Counted from the first letter of the stretch, positions 50,247 to 60,331 are shown. The stretch is DNA of 64,000 nucleotides from Pedobacter sp. (GCA_050253415.1 JBFWJC010000003.1:305035-369034); one strand, 5' to 3'. The notes: a model not told the origin generated them from the sequence alone. Numbers and translations: made by a program.

Positions 50247-50366
50247 TTATTTTATTTTGATAAATTTGCTGCTGTTGACGCCACATTTTGCGCAGGTCTT
50301 CGGAGGAGAATCACCTTCGTGTTTCAGACCACAAACGGTACATTGCCAGGTTCTTTGGATAGGCAT
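50247..50366 (-). CDS. 39-aa rubredoxin-like protein (absent from the ORF track)
   Basis: MPIQRTWQCTVCGLKHEGDSPPKTCAKCGVNSSKFIKIK; AGGGAG Shine-Dalgarno; terminator downstream. Confidence 0.85.
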   Translation of the reverse strand: MPIQRTWQCTVCGLKHEGDSPPKTCAKCGVNSSKFIKIK

Positions 50367-50484
50367 AATTAACTCCCTTGGTTTGAGATGAAAAATGTCC
50401 GGTGAATATCGTCAAGAAAAATTCTGGAACATATATAACCCTGCAGGTCATAATTGTCAAGGATAAATACAGAAAAAGCGAAAA

Positions 50485-51300
50485 TTAATGATAGTCGGAA
50501 AATATGCGATTAGCGGTTTCCCTTAAAACAACGGGGCGGTCGCTCATCACGCCATCTACACCCATTCGCAGCAGGCGTTCCATGTCTGCGCTTTCGTTTA
50601 CGGTCCAGACATGGATCTCCAGATTCAAGGCATGGGCTGCGGCAACGGTTTGCGGCGTGATCAGGGTTTGCCCCTCGTAGGTTTCGGGGATTTGCAGCGC
50701 CGCGGCCGGAGGCAGGTACGGGGAAGCGCACCCTCCTTGAAGCCAGGCGAAAAAGCTGACCAGCTCGCCATAACTGTAACTGGTGGGAATATGCTGTGCG
50801 TTGCACAAGGGACGTAGCCGTGACATAACCGCATCGTTCTCAGACGCAAGCAGTACTCTGTCCAACATACCTGCCTGGCGGATGACGTCCAGCGTCGCTT
50901 TTTCTATGGCCGGGCTATCCTGTTTTATTTCGATGTTAAACAGGGATCCGGGAAAACGCTGTAAAACTTCTGAGAGGGTTGGAACCTTTATGCCAAGCCC
51001 ACGATGCGGAAAGCTACGGCCCTGATCGGCGGTGAAAGTCGCTCCGGCATCATATTTTTGCAGCGCGTCGATGGTTAGTTCGGTTACGGGAATGTCCACG
51101 CCGCAGGTGCGTAACAATGATGCGTCGTGCAGAACCACCACTTCACCGTCTTTGGTAGCGCGTATGTCGAGTTCAAGGTAGGGCAGTCCCGAGGCAACAG
51201 CATGGGTAAAGGCGGGCAGGGTGTTTTCCGGAAAATCAGCCGAGTTGCCACGGTGTCCGAATAAACGGGGGCGTGGAGCATCGAAATATTTTGATCTCAT
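50485..51300 (-). CDS. glycerophosphodiester phosphodiesterase
   Basis: GHRG..PENTL, ELDI, VVLHD, NIEIK, VWTVN, GVMSD. Confidence 0.93.
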   Translation of the reverse strand: MRSKYFDAPRPRLFGHRGNSADFPENTLPAFTHAVASGLPYLELDIRATKDGEVVVLHDASLLRTCGVDIPVTELTIDALQKYDAGATFTADQGRSFPHRGLGIKVPTLSEVLQRFPGSLFNIEIKQDSPAIEKATLDVIRQAGMLDRVLLASENDAVMSRLRPLCNAQHIPTSYSYGELVSFFAWLQGGCASPYLPPAAALQIPETYEGQTLITPQTVAAAHALNLEIHVWTVNESADMERLLRMGVDGVMSDRPVVLRETANRIFSDYH

Positions 51301-52619
51301 GGAGTTTTCTCCAGGGCAGCCCGCTGGCCGCGTTGTACGTTGACGGTGAGCAGCAGACCGATACCGGTCAGAAAGAAAAGTCCCAGCCCAAGAATCGCCA
51401 GGCGGTTGGATCCCGTCAGTTGGGCCAGCAATCCGAAGGACAGGGGACCCAGGACGGCGGCGAATTTGCCACTGACGGCGTAAAAACTGTAGAACTCGGC
51501 ATTTTTCCCGGGGGGGATCAGGGAAGCGTAAAGCGCTCGGCTAATGGCCTGGCTACCGCCGAGGATGAGTGCCACAGCCAAACCCATAATCCAGAACTGC
51601 CAACCATGCTGCATGGTGTAGGCATATACGGTTACCGCCAGAAACAGAACCAGGGACAGCAGCACGGCTCGCTTGGAGCCCCACTGGCGGGCGAATCGTC
51701 CAAACAGCAGTGAGCCGGGCATGGCAACGAACTGGATCATGAGATAACAGCCGAGAATGGTGGCTGTGCCAAGACCAAGTTCGTCTTTGGCAAAGATGGC
51801 TGCCACTGCAATAATGGTCTGAATGCCATCGTTGTAAAACAGGTAGGCCAGCAGGAAACGCAGCAGATCAGGGTAACTGCGCAGGTCCTTCCAGACTTGC
51901 CACAAGGCCTGCATGCGCGAGGCGGCTGCCGGTTTTATGGCGGTTAAGGGGATCATATCCTCGCGCAAATAATAAAAGGTCGGCACGGAAAATACCAGCC
52001 ACCACAGACCGGTCAGGAAAAACGCGAACCGCGTAGCCTGGGAAGGGTTGGACAGGCCGATCCAGGCAGGATGCTGGATAAGCAGGAAGGCCAGCAGCAG
52101 CATCAGACCACCGCCGATATAGCCCAGTGCAAAGCCGCGGGCGGAAAGGCGATCGATTTCGGGACCCTGCGCCAAGGCCGGGAGGAAGGCATTGTAGAAG
52201 ATGTTGGCCGCGGCAAAACAGACATTGGCGATCATGAACAGGGCAGCGGCCAGCAGATAGCGGCCGGGGCCGGCCAGGGCCAGCGAGCAGGTAGCGCAGG
52301 CACCGGCGATACTGAGAATAACAAGCCAGCGCCTGCGGCAAAGACTGCGATCCGCCTGGGCTCCAAGACCGGGAGCGATAAGAGCTACCAGGGTCATCGA
52401 CCCTGCCACGGCGTAGCTCCACAGAGCGGTGGCGGTCAACGGTCCCCCGATGACCGGCAGGAAGGCCCCGCCAGTTGGGACCAGCGACACAAAGTAGACG
52501 GGCAGCACCGCTGCCAGGATCACCGTCGCGAAAGCCGAGTTGGCCCAATCGTACATGCACCAGCCAAACCAGGCCTGCCGGCGTGACGGGCTTGGTTTGT
52601 TCATCCTGTGTTCAGGCAT
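51297..52619 (-). CDS. MFS transporter, UMF1/Atg22-like
   Basis: WCMYDWANSAF, YNAFLP, ALGYIGG, GGSQAISR; start uncertain. Confidence 0.9.
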   Translation of the reverse strand: MPEHRMNKPSPSRRQAWFGWCMYDWANSAFATVILAAVLPVYFVSLVPTGGAFLPVIGGPLTATALWSYAVAGSMTLVALIAPGLGAQADRSLCRRRWLVILSIAGACATCSLALAGPGRYLLAAALFMIANVCFAAANIFYNAFLPALAQGPEIDRLSARGFALGYIGGGLMLLLAFLLIQHPAWIGLSNPSQATRFAFFLTGLWWLVFSVPTFYYLREDMIPLTAIKPAAASRMQALWQVWKDLRSYPDLLRFLLAYLFYNDGIQTIIAVAAIFAKDELGLGTATILGCYLMIQFVAMPGSLLFGRFARQWGSKRAVLLSLVLFLAVTVYAYTMQHGWQFWIMGLAVALILGGSQAISRALYASLIPPGKNAEFYSFYAVSGKFAAVLGPLSFGLLAQLTGSNRLAILGLGLFFLTGIGLLLTVNVQRGQRAALEKTP

Positions 52620-52674
52620 GGCATATGATCCCTGGGGGTGTAAATAAATTACCCCGATAATGTGGGATTTCATG

Positions 52675-52706
52675 AGACCTGGGGAATTGTCGTTTTCCCC
52701 AGGTCT
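52675..52706 (-). terminator. hairpin ending the nrdJ-ycgN unit
   Basis: AGACCTGGGGAA-ttgtcgtt-TTCCCCAGGTCT. Confidence 0.65.
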
Positions 52707-52715
52707 GTTTGGACA

Positions 52716-52985
52716 TTATTTATAGTCCTTGTTTTTCGTATCGCGCATGTACCGTACATAGGCGCAGTCTTCAGGCAACCAATCGGCTTCGCGTACGATC
52801 TCGGGAGTTAGTTTGACACATCCTTCGCCGACATCAAACCTCTTGTGATAGACCTTGCAACTGCGGGTCGCCACATCAAGAAACCGGCAAGCGATCGTGC
52901 TGGTGTGTAGGCGCCCATGTTTGTCGGCGAATTTTTCAAAACAACATTCGCCACATTGCCGGCAGATATCTTCCCATTGTTTCAC
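52716..52985 (-). CDS. YcgN/CxxCxxCC-family cysteine-cluster protein
   Basis: WEDICRQCGECC, ACRFLD, CKVY, CVKLT, WLPEDCAY; GTG start inferred just after the nrdJ stop. Confidence 0.85.
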   Translation of the reverse strand: MKQWEDICRQCGECCFEKFADKHGRLHTSTIACRFLDVATRSCKVYHKRFDVGEGCVKLTPEIVREADWLPEDCAYVRYMRDTKNKDYK

Positions 52986-52998
52986 GGGTATTGACCGA

Positions 52999-55236
52999 TC
53001 AGGCGCATTCAGAATAGCCGCAGGCATGACATACGCAGCAGCCTCCTTCATGTTCAACCGGGCCACCGCATTCCGGACAGGCACCACCATTGTTGACGGG
53101 TTTAAAGACTGCATTACCGCCGCCTGTTTCTGACTGCATGTGCATCAAAATAGCACTGGCCACTGCGTCGGCGCAGGACGTGACGCGGTTTTCACCGAAA
53201 CCGGCAGGCTTGTGGCAGGTGATGCCAATCAACTGCTTGACGACCTGCCGTGCCTGTACGCCGCTGCGCCAGGCCAACGATACCAGCCTGCCGATGGCTT
53301 CGCACTGGCTGGCGGCGCATCCGCCGGCTTTGCCCATGGTGGTGAACAACTCGAACAGGCCGCTGTTGTCCTGGTTGATGGTCACGTAGAGCGGCCCGCA
53401 GCCGGTGGTCATCTGGTAGGTTTTGCCGACCAGAGCGCGAGGGCGCTCCCGTTTGTGTCCGGACTTGCCGGATTCAACGGGCACTTTTTCTTCCGAAGGT
53501 GCTTCGGCTGTTTTGGCAACGGACAATACCTGCATGTCGCGCGAACCATCTCTGTAAATCGTTACACCCTTGCAACCTTCCATATACGCCAGTCGGTATA
53601 CTTCAGCGACCTCTTCCCGGGTTGCACTGTGGGGGAAGTTAACCGTTTTGGATACGGCGTTGTCTGTGTGTCTCTGAAATGCCGCCTGCATGTGGATGTG
53701 GTCTTCGGGGGTAATGTCGTGGGCGGTGACAAACAGTCTGCGGACCTTTTCGGGGATCTCTTCAAAACTTTGAATGGTGCCTTTTTCGGCAATAGCCTTC
53801 ATCAGTTCAGGACTGTAAAATCCTTCTTTGCGGGCGATGGCTTCAAACAGAGGATGGACCTCGACAAGCACATCATTGTCCATAACCTGCCGTATGTAAG
53901 ATACGGCGAAGATCGGCTCCACGCCACTTGAGGTGTTGGCAATGATGGAGATGGTGCCGGTTGGCGCGATGGTCGTGCAGGTTGCGTTACGTAACGGCGC
54001 TTCGCCGGCCTGGTCAAACCGGCTGCCGGAAAAATTGGGGAAAGCGCCTCGTTGCTCGGCAAGCAGGCGGGAGGTGCTTCGCGCTTCATTGGTAATGAAC
54101 GCCATTAACTTGTCGGCCAGTTCGATGGCTTTGGCGCTGTTGTAGGGCAGCCCGAGCAGGATCAGCATATCCGCCCAGCCCATGATGCCGAGTCCGATTT
54201 TACGGTTGGACAGGGTCATTTCAGAAATCTGCGGCAGGGGGTAGCGATTGATTTCAATCACGTTGTCGAGGAAGCGCGTTGCCAGATGAACCGTTTCACG
54301 CAATTTATCCCAGTCCACTTCGCCGTCACTGGTAATCATGCGCGACAGGTTGATGGAACCGAGGTTGCACGACTCGTAGGGCAGCAGCGGCTGCTCGCCG
54401 CAGGGGTTGGTGGCTTCGAATTCGCCGACATGAGGCGTCGGGTTGTCACGGTTGAGGCGGTCGAGGAAGATGATGCCGGGTTCGCCGCTGGTCCAGGCCA
54501 TGTCGATAATGCGATCGAACACCTTGCGGGCATCGAGTTTTTTCAGCGGTTCACCGGTGCGCGGATTCAATAGATCGTATTCCGAGCCGGCTTCAACGGC
54601 TTTCATGAACGTTTCTGTAATGCCTACCGACAGGTTGAAGTTGGTCAAAACCGTCAGATCCTTTTTGACCATGATAAAGTCCATGATATCCGGATGGTCG
54701 ACTCGCAGAATCCCCATGTTGGCACCGCGTCGGGTGCCTCCCTGTTTAATGGTTTCGGTGGCTGCGTCAAACACCTTCATGAAAGAGATGGGGCCGGATG
54801 AAACACCTTTGGTGGACAGAACCACATCGTTTGCCGGACGAACTCGCGAAAAGGAAAAGCCGGTGCCGCCGCCACTTTTGTGAATCAGGGCCGTCTGCTT
54901 GATCGCTTCGAAAATACTCTCCATGGAGTCTTCGACAGGCAGTACGAAGCAAGCGGATAATTGACCGAGTTCCCGTCCGGCATTCATCAGGGTAGGGGAG
55001 TTCGGCAGGAACTCAAGGCGTGTCATAGCATCATAAAACTTATCGGCGAGGGACTGAACATCCTGCTCCGGAGCAAAACAGGTTTCCGCTGCGGCCACCG
55101 TTTCGGCTACGCGACGGAACATGTCTGCGGGATCCTCAAGGATCTGACCTTCCTGATCTTTTTTCAGATAACGGCGGGTAAGTACGGTGAGGGCGTTATT
55201 ACTAAGCAGTGAATTGAGATCTGCAGTAGTCATCAT
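52999..55236 (-). CDS. nrdJ: class II (B12-dependent) ribonucleotide reductase with C-terminal TSCPD-like and zinc-ribbon region
   Basis: PNSPTLMNAG, SACF, ATNPCGEQ, TIAPTG, YRDGSR, TSCAD, CPECG..CHACGYSEC. Confidence 0.93.
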   Translation of the reverse strand: MMTTADLNSLLSNNALTVLTRRYLKKDQEGQILEDPADMFRRVAETVAAAETCFAPEQDVQSLADKFYDAMTRLEFLPNSPTLMNAGRELGQLSACFVLPVEDSMESIFEAIKQTALIHKSGGGTGFSFSRVRPANDVVLSTKGVSSGPISFMKVFDAATETIKQGGTRRGANMGILRVDHPDIMDFIMVKKDLTVLTNFNLSVGITETFMKAVEAGSEYDLLNPRTGEPLKKLDARKVFDRIIDMAWTSGEPGIIFLDRLNRDNPTPHVGEFEATNPCGEQPLLPYESCNLGSINLSRMITSDGEVDWDKLRETVHLATRFLDNVIEINRYPLPQISEMTLSNRKIGLGIMGWADMLILLGLPYNSAKAIELADKLMAFITNEARSTSRLLAEQRGAFPNFSGSRFDQAGEAPLRNATCTTIAPTGTISIIANTSSGVEPIFAVSYIRQVMDNDVLVEVHPLFEAIARKEGFYSPELMKAIAEKGTIQSFEEIPEKVRRLFVTAHDITPEDHIHMQAAFQRHTDNAVSKTVNFPHSATREEVAEVYRLAYMEGCKGVTIYRDGSRDMQVLSVAKTAEAPSEEKVPVESGKSGHKRERPRALVGKTYQMTTGCGPLYVTINQDNSGLFELFTTMGKAGGCAASQCEAIGRLVSLAWRSGVQARQVVKQLIGITCHKPAGFGENRVTSCADAVASAILMHMQSETGGGNAVFKPVNNGGACPECGGPVEHEGGCCVCHACGYSECA

Positions 55237-55279
55237 GAGAGAATCCTTTTAGGTGTGCGAAATGTATATTAGCCAAGTG

Positions 55280-55327
55280 TGACAATATGCAGTATTGGAC
55301 ACGTTTATAAACCACAATATGTTGGGG
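55280..55327. promoter_or_regulatory. tandem NrdR boxes
   Basis: TGACAATATGCAGTAT (55280-55295) and CCACAATATGTTGGGG (55312-55327), 32 bp apart, upstream of nrdJ. Confidence 0.75.
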
Positions 55328-55665
55328 TTTGTCAAGGTGCGTATGTTAGCAATGCGCAATATCCCGAGAGCAATCCGAAAGCATCGTGCGGGGCATTCCG
55401 TCCAAAATGAATTTTACCTGGAAACACGGAATGTTGTACAATACGATTGCGTTGGCACAGGGAACTTTTACGAACTGTTCATCCTATGTAAGGAGGGATA
55501 AAGTGGTTGCCAAACCAGACCCTCGGTGGTAGTTTCACACAATTCTATGCTGACCTGCCCATCGGTCATATCCCGCTATCACTAGATAAACGCGTTTTCG
55601 CATATCGGGCCAGTGGTCGATCGCGTAAAGTCATCTGCCGATTTTAGCATCTTGAAGGGAGCGCC

Positions 55666-56982
55666 ATGAAAAAGGTCTTCGTGCTGGATACCAATGTTCT
55701 GTTGCATGACCCGCAGGCTCTGCTTCGATTTCAAGACAATGACGTGGTGATACCCATTACGGTCGTCGAGGAGATCGACACCTTTAAAAAGGATCTCAGT
55801 GAGATCGGCCGCAATGCCCGGCAGGTTTCACGCTTACTCGACAGTTTTCGCGCCCAGGCCCATTTGGTCGAAGGAGTGCAACTGCCGGATGGCGGCATGC
55901 TGCGGGTTTTACTTTACACCGAGCAGACGCTGAAACGTTTGCCGCCCGAACTTCGCACCGAGCGTGCCGATAATCGTATCCTGGCTGTCGCACTGCAGAT
56001 GAAGGATGACTGCGAGTGTCCGGTGGTATTCGTCACCAAAGATACCAATTTGCGTATCAAGGCCGACGCTGTAGGCCTTGATGCGCAGGATTATGAGTCG
56101 GACAAGGTTTCCATCGAAGAACTATATACCGGCATGGCCGAAGTTGTTCTGCCCAGAGAGATGGTTGACCGTTTTTATGGGCAGGGTTATGTCGATATCG
56201 AGGGCGAATTTTTTGAGAACCAACACCTGACCCTGGTCGATGAAGGCAATGCGACCCATACCGGCATTGGTCGTTATGACGCCGCTCTGGGGCGGGTTGT
56301 GCCCCTTATAAAACCACCCAAGGAAGGCCTTTGGGGGGTCACGCCGCGCAATCGCGAGCAGCAGTTCGCCATCGATTTGCTACTCAATGACGATATTCAA
56401 CTGGTGACCCTGGTAGGCAAAGCCGGGACAGGCAAAACCCTTTTGGCTATTGCTGCCGGGTTGAGCAAGTCGGCAGACGAGGGCGGTTATAGTCGGTTAC
56501 TTGTGTCGCGGCCTATTTTTCCCCTCGGCAAGGACCTTGGTTTTTTACCCGGCGACGTCGAGGAAAAGCTTGCTCCCTGGATGCAGCCGATTTTTGACAA
56601 TGTTGATTTGCTGCTCGGAATGGTGGATGAACACGGCAAGCGTAAACGGGGATATAAAGAGCTGGTTGAAATGGGGCTGTTGCAGATTGAACCCTTGACC
56701 TACATACGTGGCCGGTCCATCCCCAAGCAGTATATGATTGTCGATGAAGCGCAAAATCTTACGCCCCATGAGATAAAAACCATCATTACCCGCGCTGGAG
56801 AAGGTACCAAGATCGTTCTGACAGGCGACCCGTATCAGATTGACAATCCTTATATCGATTCATCGAGTAATGGATTGAGTTATGCTGTCGAAAAATTCAA
56901 AAATCAATCCATAGCCGGTCACGTGACCCTTATGCGCGGCGAACGCTCGCCCCTGGCCGAACTGGCGGCCAATTTGCTCTGA
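55666..56982 (+). CDS. PIN-domain plus PhoH-family ATPase (YlaK/PhoH2-like)
   Basis: VLDTNVLLHDP, DNRIL, VTKD; GKAGTGKT, LGFLPG, YIRGRS, DEAQN, GDPYQID. Confidence 0.94.
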   Translation: MKKVFVLDTNVLLHDPQALLRFQDNDVVIPITVVEEIDTFKKDLSEIGRNARQVSRLLDSFRAQAHLVEGVQLPDGGMLRVLLYTEQTLKRLPPELRTERADNRILAVALQMKDDCECPVVFVTKDTNLRIKADAVGLDAQDYESDKVSIEELYTGMAEVVLPREMVDRFYGQGYVDIEGEFFENQHLTLVDEGNATHTGIGRYDAALGRVVPLIKPPKEGLWGVTPRNREQQFAIDLLLNDDIQLVTLVGKAGTGKTLLAIAAGLSKSADEGGYSRLLVSRPIFPLGKDLGFLPGDVEEKLAPWMQPIFDNVDLLLGMVDEHGKRKRGYKELVEMGLLQIEPLTYIRGRSIPKQYMIVDEAQNLTPHEIKTIITRAGEGTKIVLTGDPYQIDNPYIDSSSNGLSYAVEKFKNQSIAGHVTLMRGERSPLAELAANLL

Positions 56983-57034
56983 TGTCCTTCATGCCATGAA
57001 TATGGCTGATTGATTAGAAAGAAGATTCTGTTTC

Positions 57035-58060
57035 ATGTTGTTGCTGACCATAGAATCGTCCTGTGACGAAACTTCTGCAGCTGTCGTGCGCGACGGTCGC
57101 CAAGTGCTGTCTAATGTTATAGCCTCCCAGGTTGATGTGCATGCGCTGTATGGCGGCGTCGTGCCTGAACTGGCTTCGCGTAAACATATGGAAGCGGTGA
57201 CGGTTGTTATCGACGATGCGCTACGCAAAGCCGGCGTCGCTCTGTCCGATATCGAAGGGATTGCCGTAACCCGTGGTCCCGGCCTGGTCGGGGCTTTGCT
57301 GGTTGGTCTGTCCATGGCCAAGGCCATGGCACTGTCACTGGAGATTCCTCTGGTGGGTGTACACCATATGGAAGGTCATATCCTGGCGCCTTTGCTTGAA
57401 CAGGATATCGCCTTTCCCTATCTGGCGTTGGCTGTTTCCGGTGGTCATACGCATCTCTACCGGGTAGATGGCATTGGCAGATACAAGACCCTTGGACGTA
57501 CTCTCGATGATGCAGCCGGTGAGGCTTTCGACAAGGTATCCAAATTGCTGGGGCTCGGATATCCGGGCGGTGCCGTTATCGATCGACTGGCTGCCGATGG
57601 CAATCCCAAGGCGTTCGATTTTCCCAGGCCGTTGTTGAAAAAGCCTTCCTTTGACTTTAGTTTCAGTGGTGTTAAAACAGCTCTACTGTATTACGTGCAA
57701 AGCCAGGATGGCCCCATCGACGGCGCTCACCTTTGCGATGTTGCGGCCAGTTTTCAGCAGGCGGTGATTGAAGTGCTATGCAAAAAAACTCTCCGTGCAG
57801 CACGGGATACGGGGCTTGATCGTATTGTTGTGGCTGGCGGCGTTGCCTGTAACAAGGGCTTGCGCAAATTGATGGGCGAAGAAGCCGGCAAACAAGGCTT
57901 GCAGGTATTTTTCCCCAGTCCGATTTTGTGCGCCGACAATGCCGCGATGCTCGGCGTGGCCGGGGACGCCTATCTTACCGCGGGTTGTGTTGCTGATCTG
58001 GATCTTAACGCGCGCGCCAATTGGCCCCTTGATCAGGCAGGCTGGTCACAGCAGTCTTAG
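57035..58060 (+). CDS. tsaD: tRNA N6-adenosine threonylcarbamoyltransferase
   Basis: IESSCDET, GGVVPELASR, HHMEGH, VSGGHT, DDAAGEAFDK, DNAAM. Confidence 0.97.
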   Translation: MLLLTIESSCDETSAAVVRDGRQVLSNVIASQVDVHALYGGVVPELASRKHMEAVTVVIDDALRKAGVALSDIEGIAVTRGPGLVGALLVGLSMAKAMALSLEIPLVGVHHMEGHILAPLLEQDIAFPYLALAVSGGHTHLYRVDGIGRYKTLGRTLDDAAGEAFDKVSKLLGLGYPGGAVIDRLAADGNPKAFDFPRPLLKKPSFDFSFSGVKTALLYYVQSQDGPIDGAHLCDVAASFQQAVIEVLCKKTLRAARDTGLDRIVVAGGVACNKGLRKLMGEEAGKQGLQVFFPSPILCADNAAMLGVAGDAYLTAGCVADLDLNARANWPLDQAGWSQQS

Positions 58061-58081
58061 CCCTGAAATGGACGGATCCGT

Positions 58082-58579
58082 ATGTACCGGCGATGGCCCA
58101 TGGTTCGGCAAATTAAACTGCTTGTTGTGCGTTTCCTGCGTTTGCGGGGGGCACCCGAAGAAATAGCGAAAGGCCTGGCGCTTGGCATTTTTATCGGCCT
58201 TACACCGACCTTCGGATTTCAAATGCTTTTGGCTGTATGTCTGGCCGTCATGCTGAATGAAAACAAGTTCGCCGCTGTGCTTGGGGTTTGGATTACGAAT
58301 CCCTTTACCGCTCCTTTCATTTATGCTCTCGAATACGAATCCGGACGTGTGCTGCTGAATATGGATTATGTGCACATGCCTGCCTCTTTGAGCTTTTCGG
58401 CATTGAAAAGTCTTGGGTGGGAAGTGTTGCTGCCTCTGGGTGTCGGTAGTCTGCTTTGGGCCATACTCTGTTCCATGGCGGTCTATCTGGCCGCCATTCG
58501 TGTCATTCCCCTTACTCAAAACTGGAAAATCCCACGCTGGCCTCGTCGGCCTCGGCGCAAAAAAGAGGAGAGGCCATGA
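58082..58579 (+). CDS. DUF2062-family membrane protein
   Basis: PEEIAKGLALGIFIGLTP..Q, WITNPFT. Confidence 0.85.
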   Translation: MYRRWPMVRQIKLLVVRFLRLRGAPEEIAKGLALGIFIGLTPTFGFQMLLAVCLAVMLNENKFAAVLGVWITNPFTAPFIYALEYESGRVLLNMDYVHMPASLSFSALKSLGWEVLLPLGVGSLLWAILCSMAVYLAAIRVIPLTQNWKIPRWPRRPRRKKEERP

Positions 58580-59370
58580 ATCATCGTCCGAAAAAACGTT
58601 TTGGACAAAACTTCCTGCAGGATCGACATGTTGTTGACGGTATTTTAAACGCTGCCGGCCTCGATCCTCATGATCGGGTGTTGGAGATTGGTCCAGGGCT
58701 TGGGGCTTTGACGGATCGGCTGTTGCCGGAAGTCGCCCGTTTGCATGTTATAGAAATCGATCGGGATCTTGGTGCCAGTTTGCAGTCCAGGCCCGAGACG
58801 AATCTTAGCGTTCATCTTGGTGATGCTCTGGCTCTCGATTGGAATGCTATCCTCCCGGAGCCGCCCTACAAGCTTATCGCAAATCTGCCCTACAATATAT
58901 CCAGCCAGATTGTGTTCAAGATCCTTGATCACCGGCATTTGTTTTCACGGTTGGTGCTAATGTTTCAGCAAGAGGTAGGGGAGCGTCTCTGCGCCTCGCC
59001 CGGTGGCCGGGATTACGGCATTCTTTCCGTACTCAGCCAGGTCTGGTTCGATATTCGGCGCGTACTTCGTGTCCCGCCCGGCGCTTTTTACCCTCCACCT
59101 AAAGTGCATTCGGCCGTTTTGTGCTTTGACGCTCTTGCCCAGCCACGCATTGTCGTTGATGACGATAGTTTTTTTCGACGTGTCGTTAAAGCAGCCTTCG
59201 CACAACGAAGGAAAACGCTGCGCAATAGTCTTACCGGGTCCGGGTTTGGTTTTGACGGTATGGAAGAGGCTTTGCTTGGTGCCGGTATCGATCCAGGCAG
59301 AAGGGCTGAAACCCTCAATCTCGAGGAGTTTGGCCGTCTGGCACACCTGCTAAAATCTCATTTTTCCTGA
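58576..59370 (+). CDS. rsmA: 16S rRNA adenine dimethyltransferase KsgA
   Basis: PKKRFGQNFL, EIGPGLG, ANLPYNIS, FYPPPKVHS, QRRKTL. Confidence 0.97.
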   Translation: MNHRPKKRFGQNFLQDRHVVDGILNAAGLDPHDRVLEIGPGLGALTDRLLPEVARLHVIEIDRDLGASLQSRPETNLSVHLGDALALDWNAILPEPPYKLIANLPYNISSQIVFKILDHRHLFSRLVLMFQQEVGERLCASPGGRDYGILSVLSQVWFDIRRVLRVPPGAFYPPPKVHSAVLCFDALAQPRIVVDDDSFFRRVVKAAFAQRRKTLRNSLTGSGFGFDGMEEALLGAGIDPGRRAETLNLEEFGRLAHLLKSHFS

Positions 59371-59449
59371 TAGCTCCATCCCGCGGGGATAGCATCAGTC
59401 CCTTCGCGTCTTCTCATAAAGTTCTCCGGATAAAATCTTACAGCTGCGC

Positions 59450-59491
59450 TAAACAAACGACTTCGCAATAAGCCACGAAGTTGTTTGTTTA
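59450..59491. terminator. hairpin downstream of rsmA
   Basis: TAAACAAACGACTTCG-caataagcca-CGAAGTTGTTTGTTTA. Confidence 0.55.
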
Positions 59492-60331
59492 ATTGCGTGG
59501 TTACGCGTATTCCTGGCCCTGAATGCCTGTTTGCAGCAGGGCAGTCGGTTGCCGCTCTGCGTTTTACGATAACATTACGCATTAGATCACATGCTCAATC
59601 GACCTAGGGAAGGCAAGGGCGGTATGGTCATCCGGAGGGATATATCTCAGGGGTGGCATGCCGATCAGGTGAATCAAGCGTTTACGGCTGTGGTTGCACA
59701 GGCATTGCGCACACCTTTAAGCCGGTTAACTAAGCAGCAGAATTGCTGTTTAACCATGATGGGTCAAACGTGAATTATCATGAAATACTGTGATTTTTTT
59801 TGTAAAAAACCTTTGTAGAACAATAGGTTTCAATGAAACATTGAGAGTTTGCATGAAGTTGTGGATTCAGCATGAACTGTCGATTGTTTTAAATTGAAGG
59901 TCGTTGGATTTTTACACCCTGATTCCCAGGTTCAGGCATCGTGTCACCTGATCAAATACGGGTTATGACTTCGCCCTGTACTTTCCCTTCCTGCCCCTGG
60001 AGTTTCATTCGCCACGCAGCCAGCCGTAATGCTTCCAAATCGACCCGGGAGGCTTCATCTCCGCCAATCGCAGGTATAATAGAACAATATGTTTATGCGC
60101 TTTATTCCAGGTGCCGTAGTTTCAAAAACCGGGTTCACGAAACATCGCAACGAAGGCCCCCAAAATCCGGTTCATGCTTTTCTCCCGGGTGGTAAAAAGT
60201 ATTAAATCGATGGTCTTTTGATTTCGTTGCACAATTTTCCCGGAGGGCCGTTTGATTCCCCTCAGGATAAAAGCCTGGTTAATCAGGGGGAAGAGTCAAG
60301 TAAAGCCACTCACGACCTTAAGGCTTGGCCT

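Noticed and set aside
59371..60331. Purine riboswitch or short ORFs upstream of ade
   Set aside because: No purine-aptamer core recognised; the 60-84 aa ORFs lack Shine-Dalgarno sites and protein-like features.
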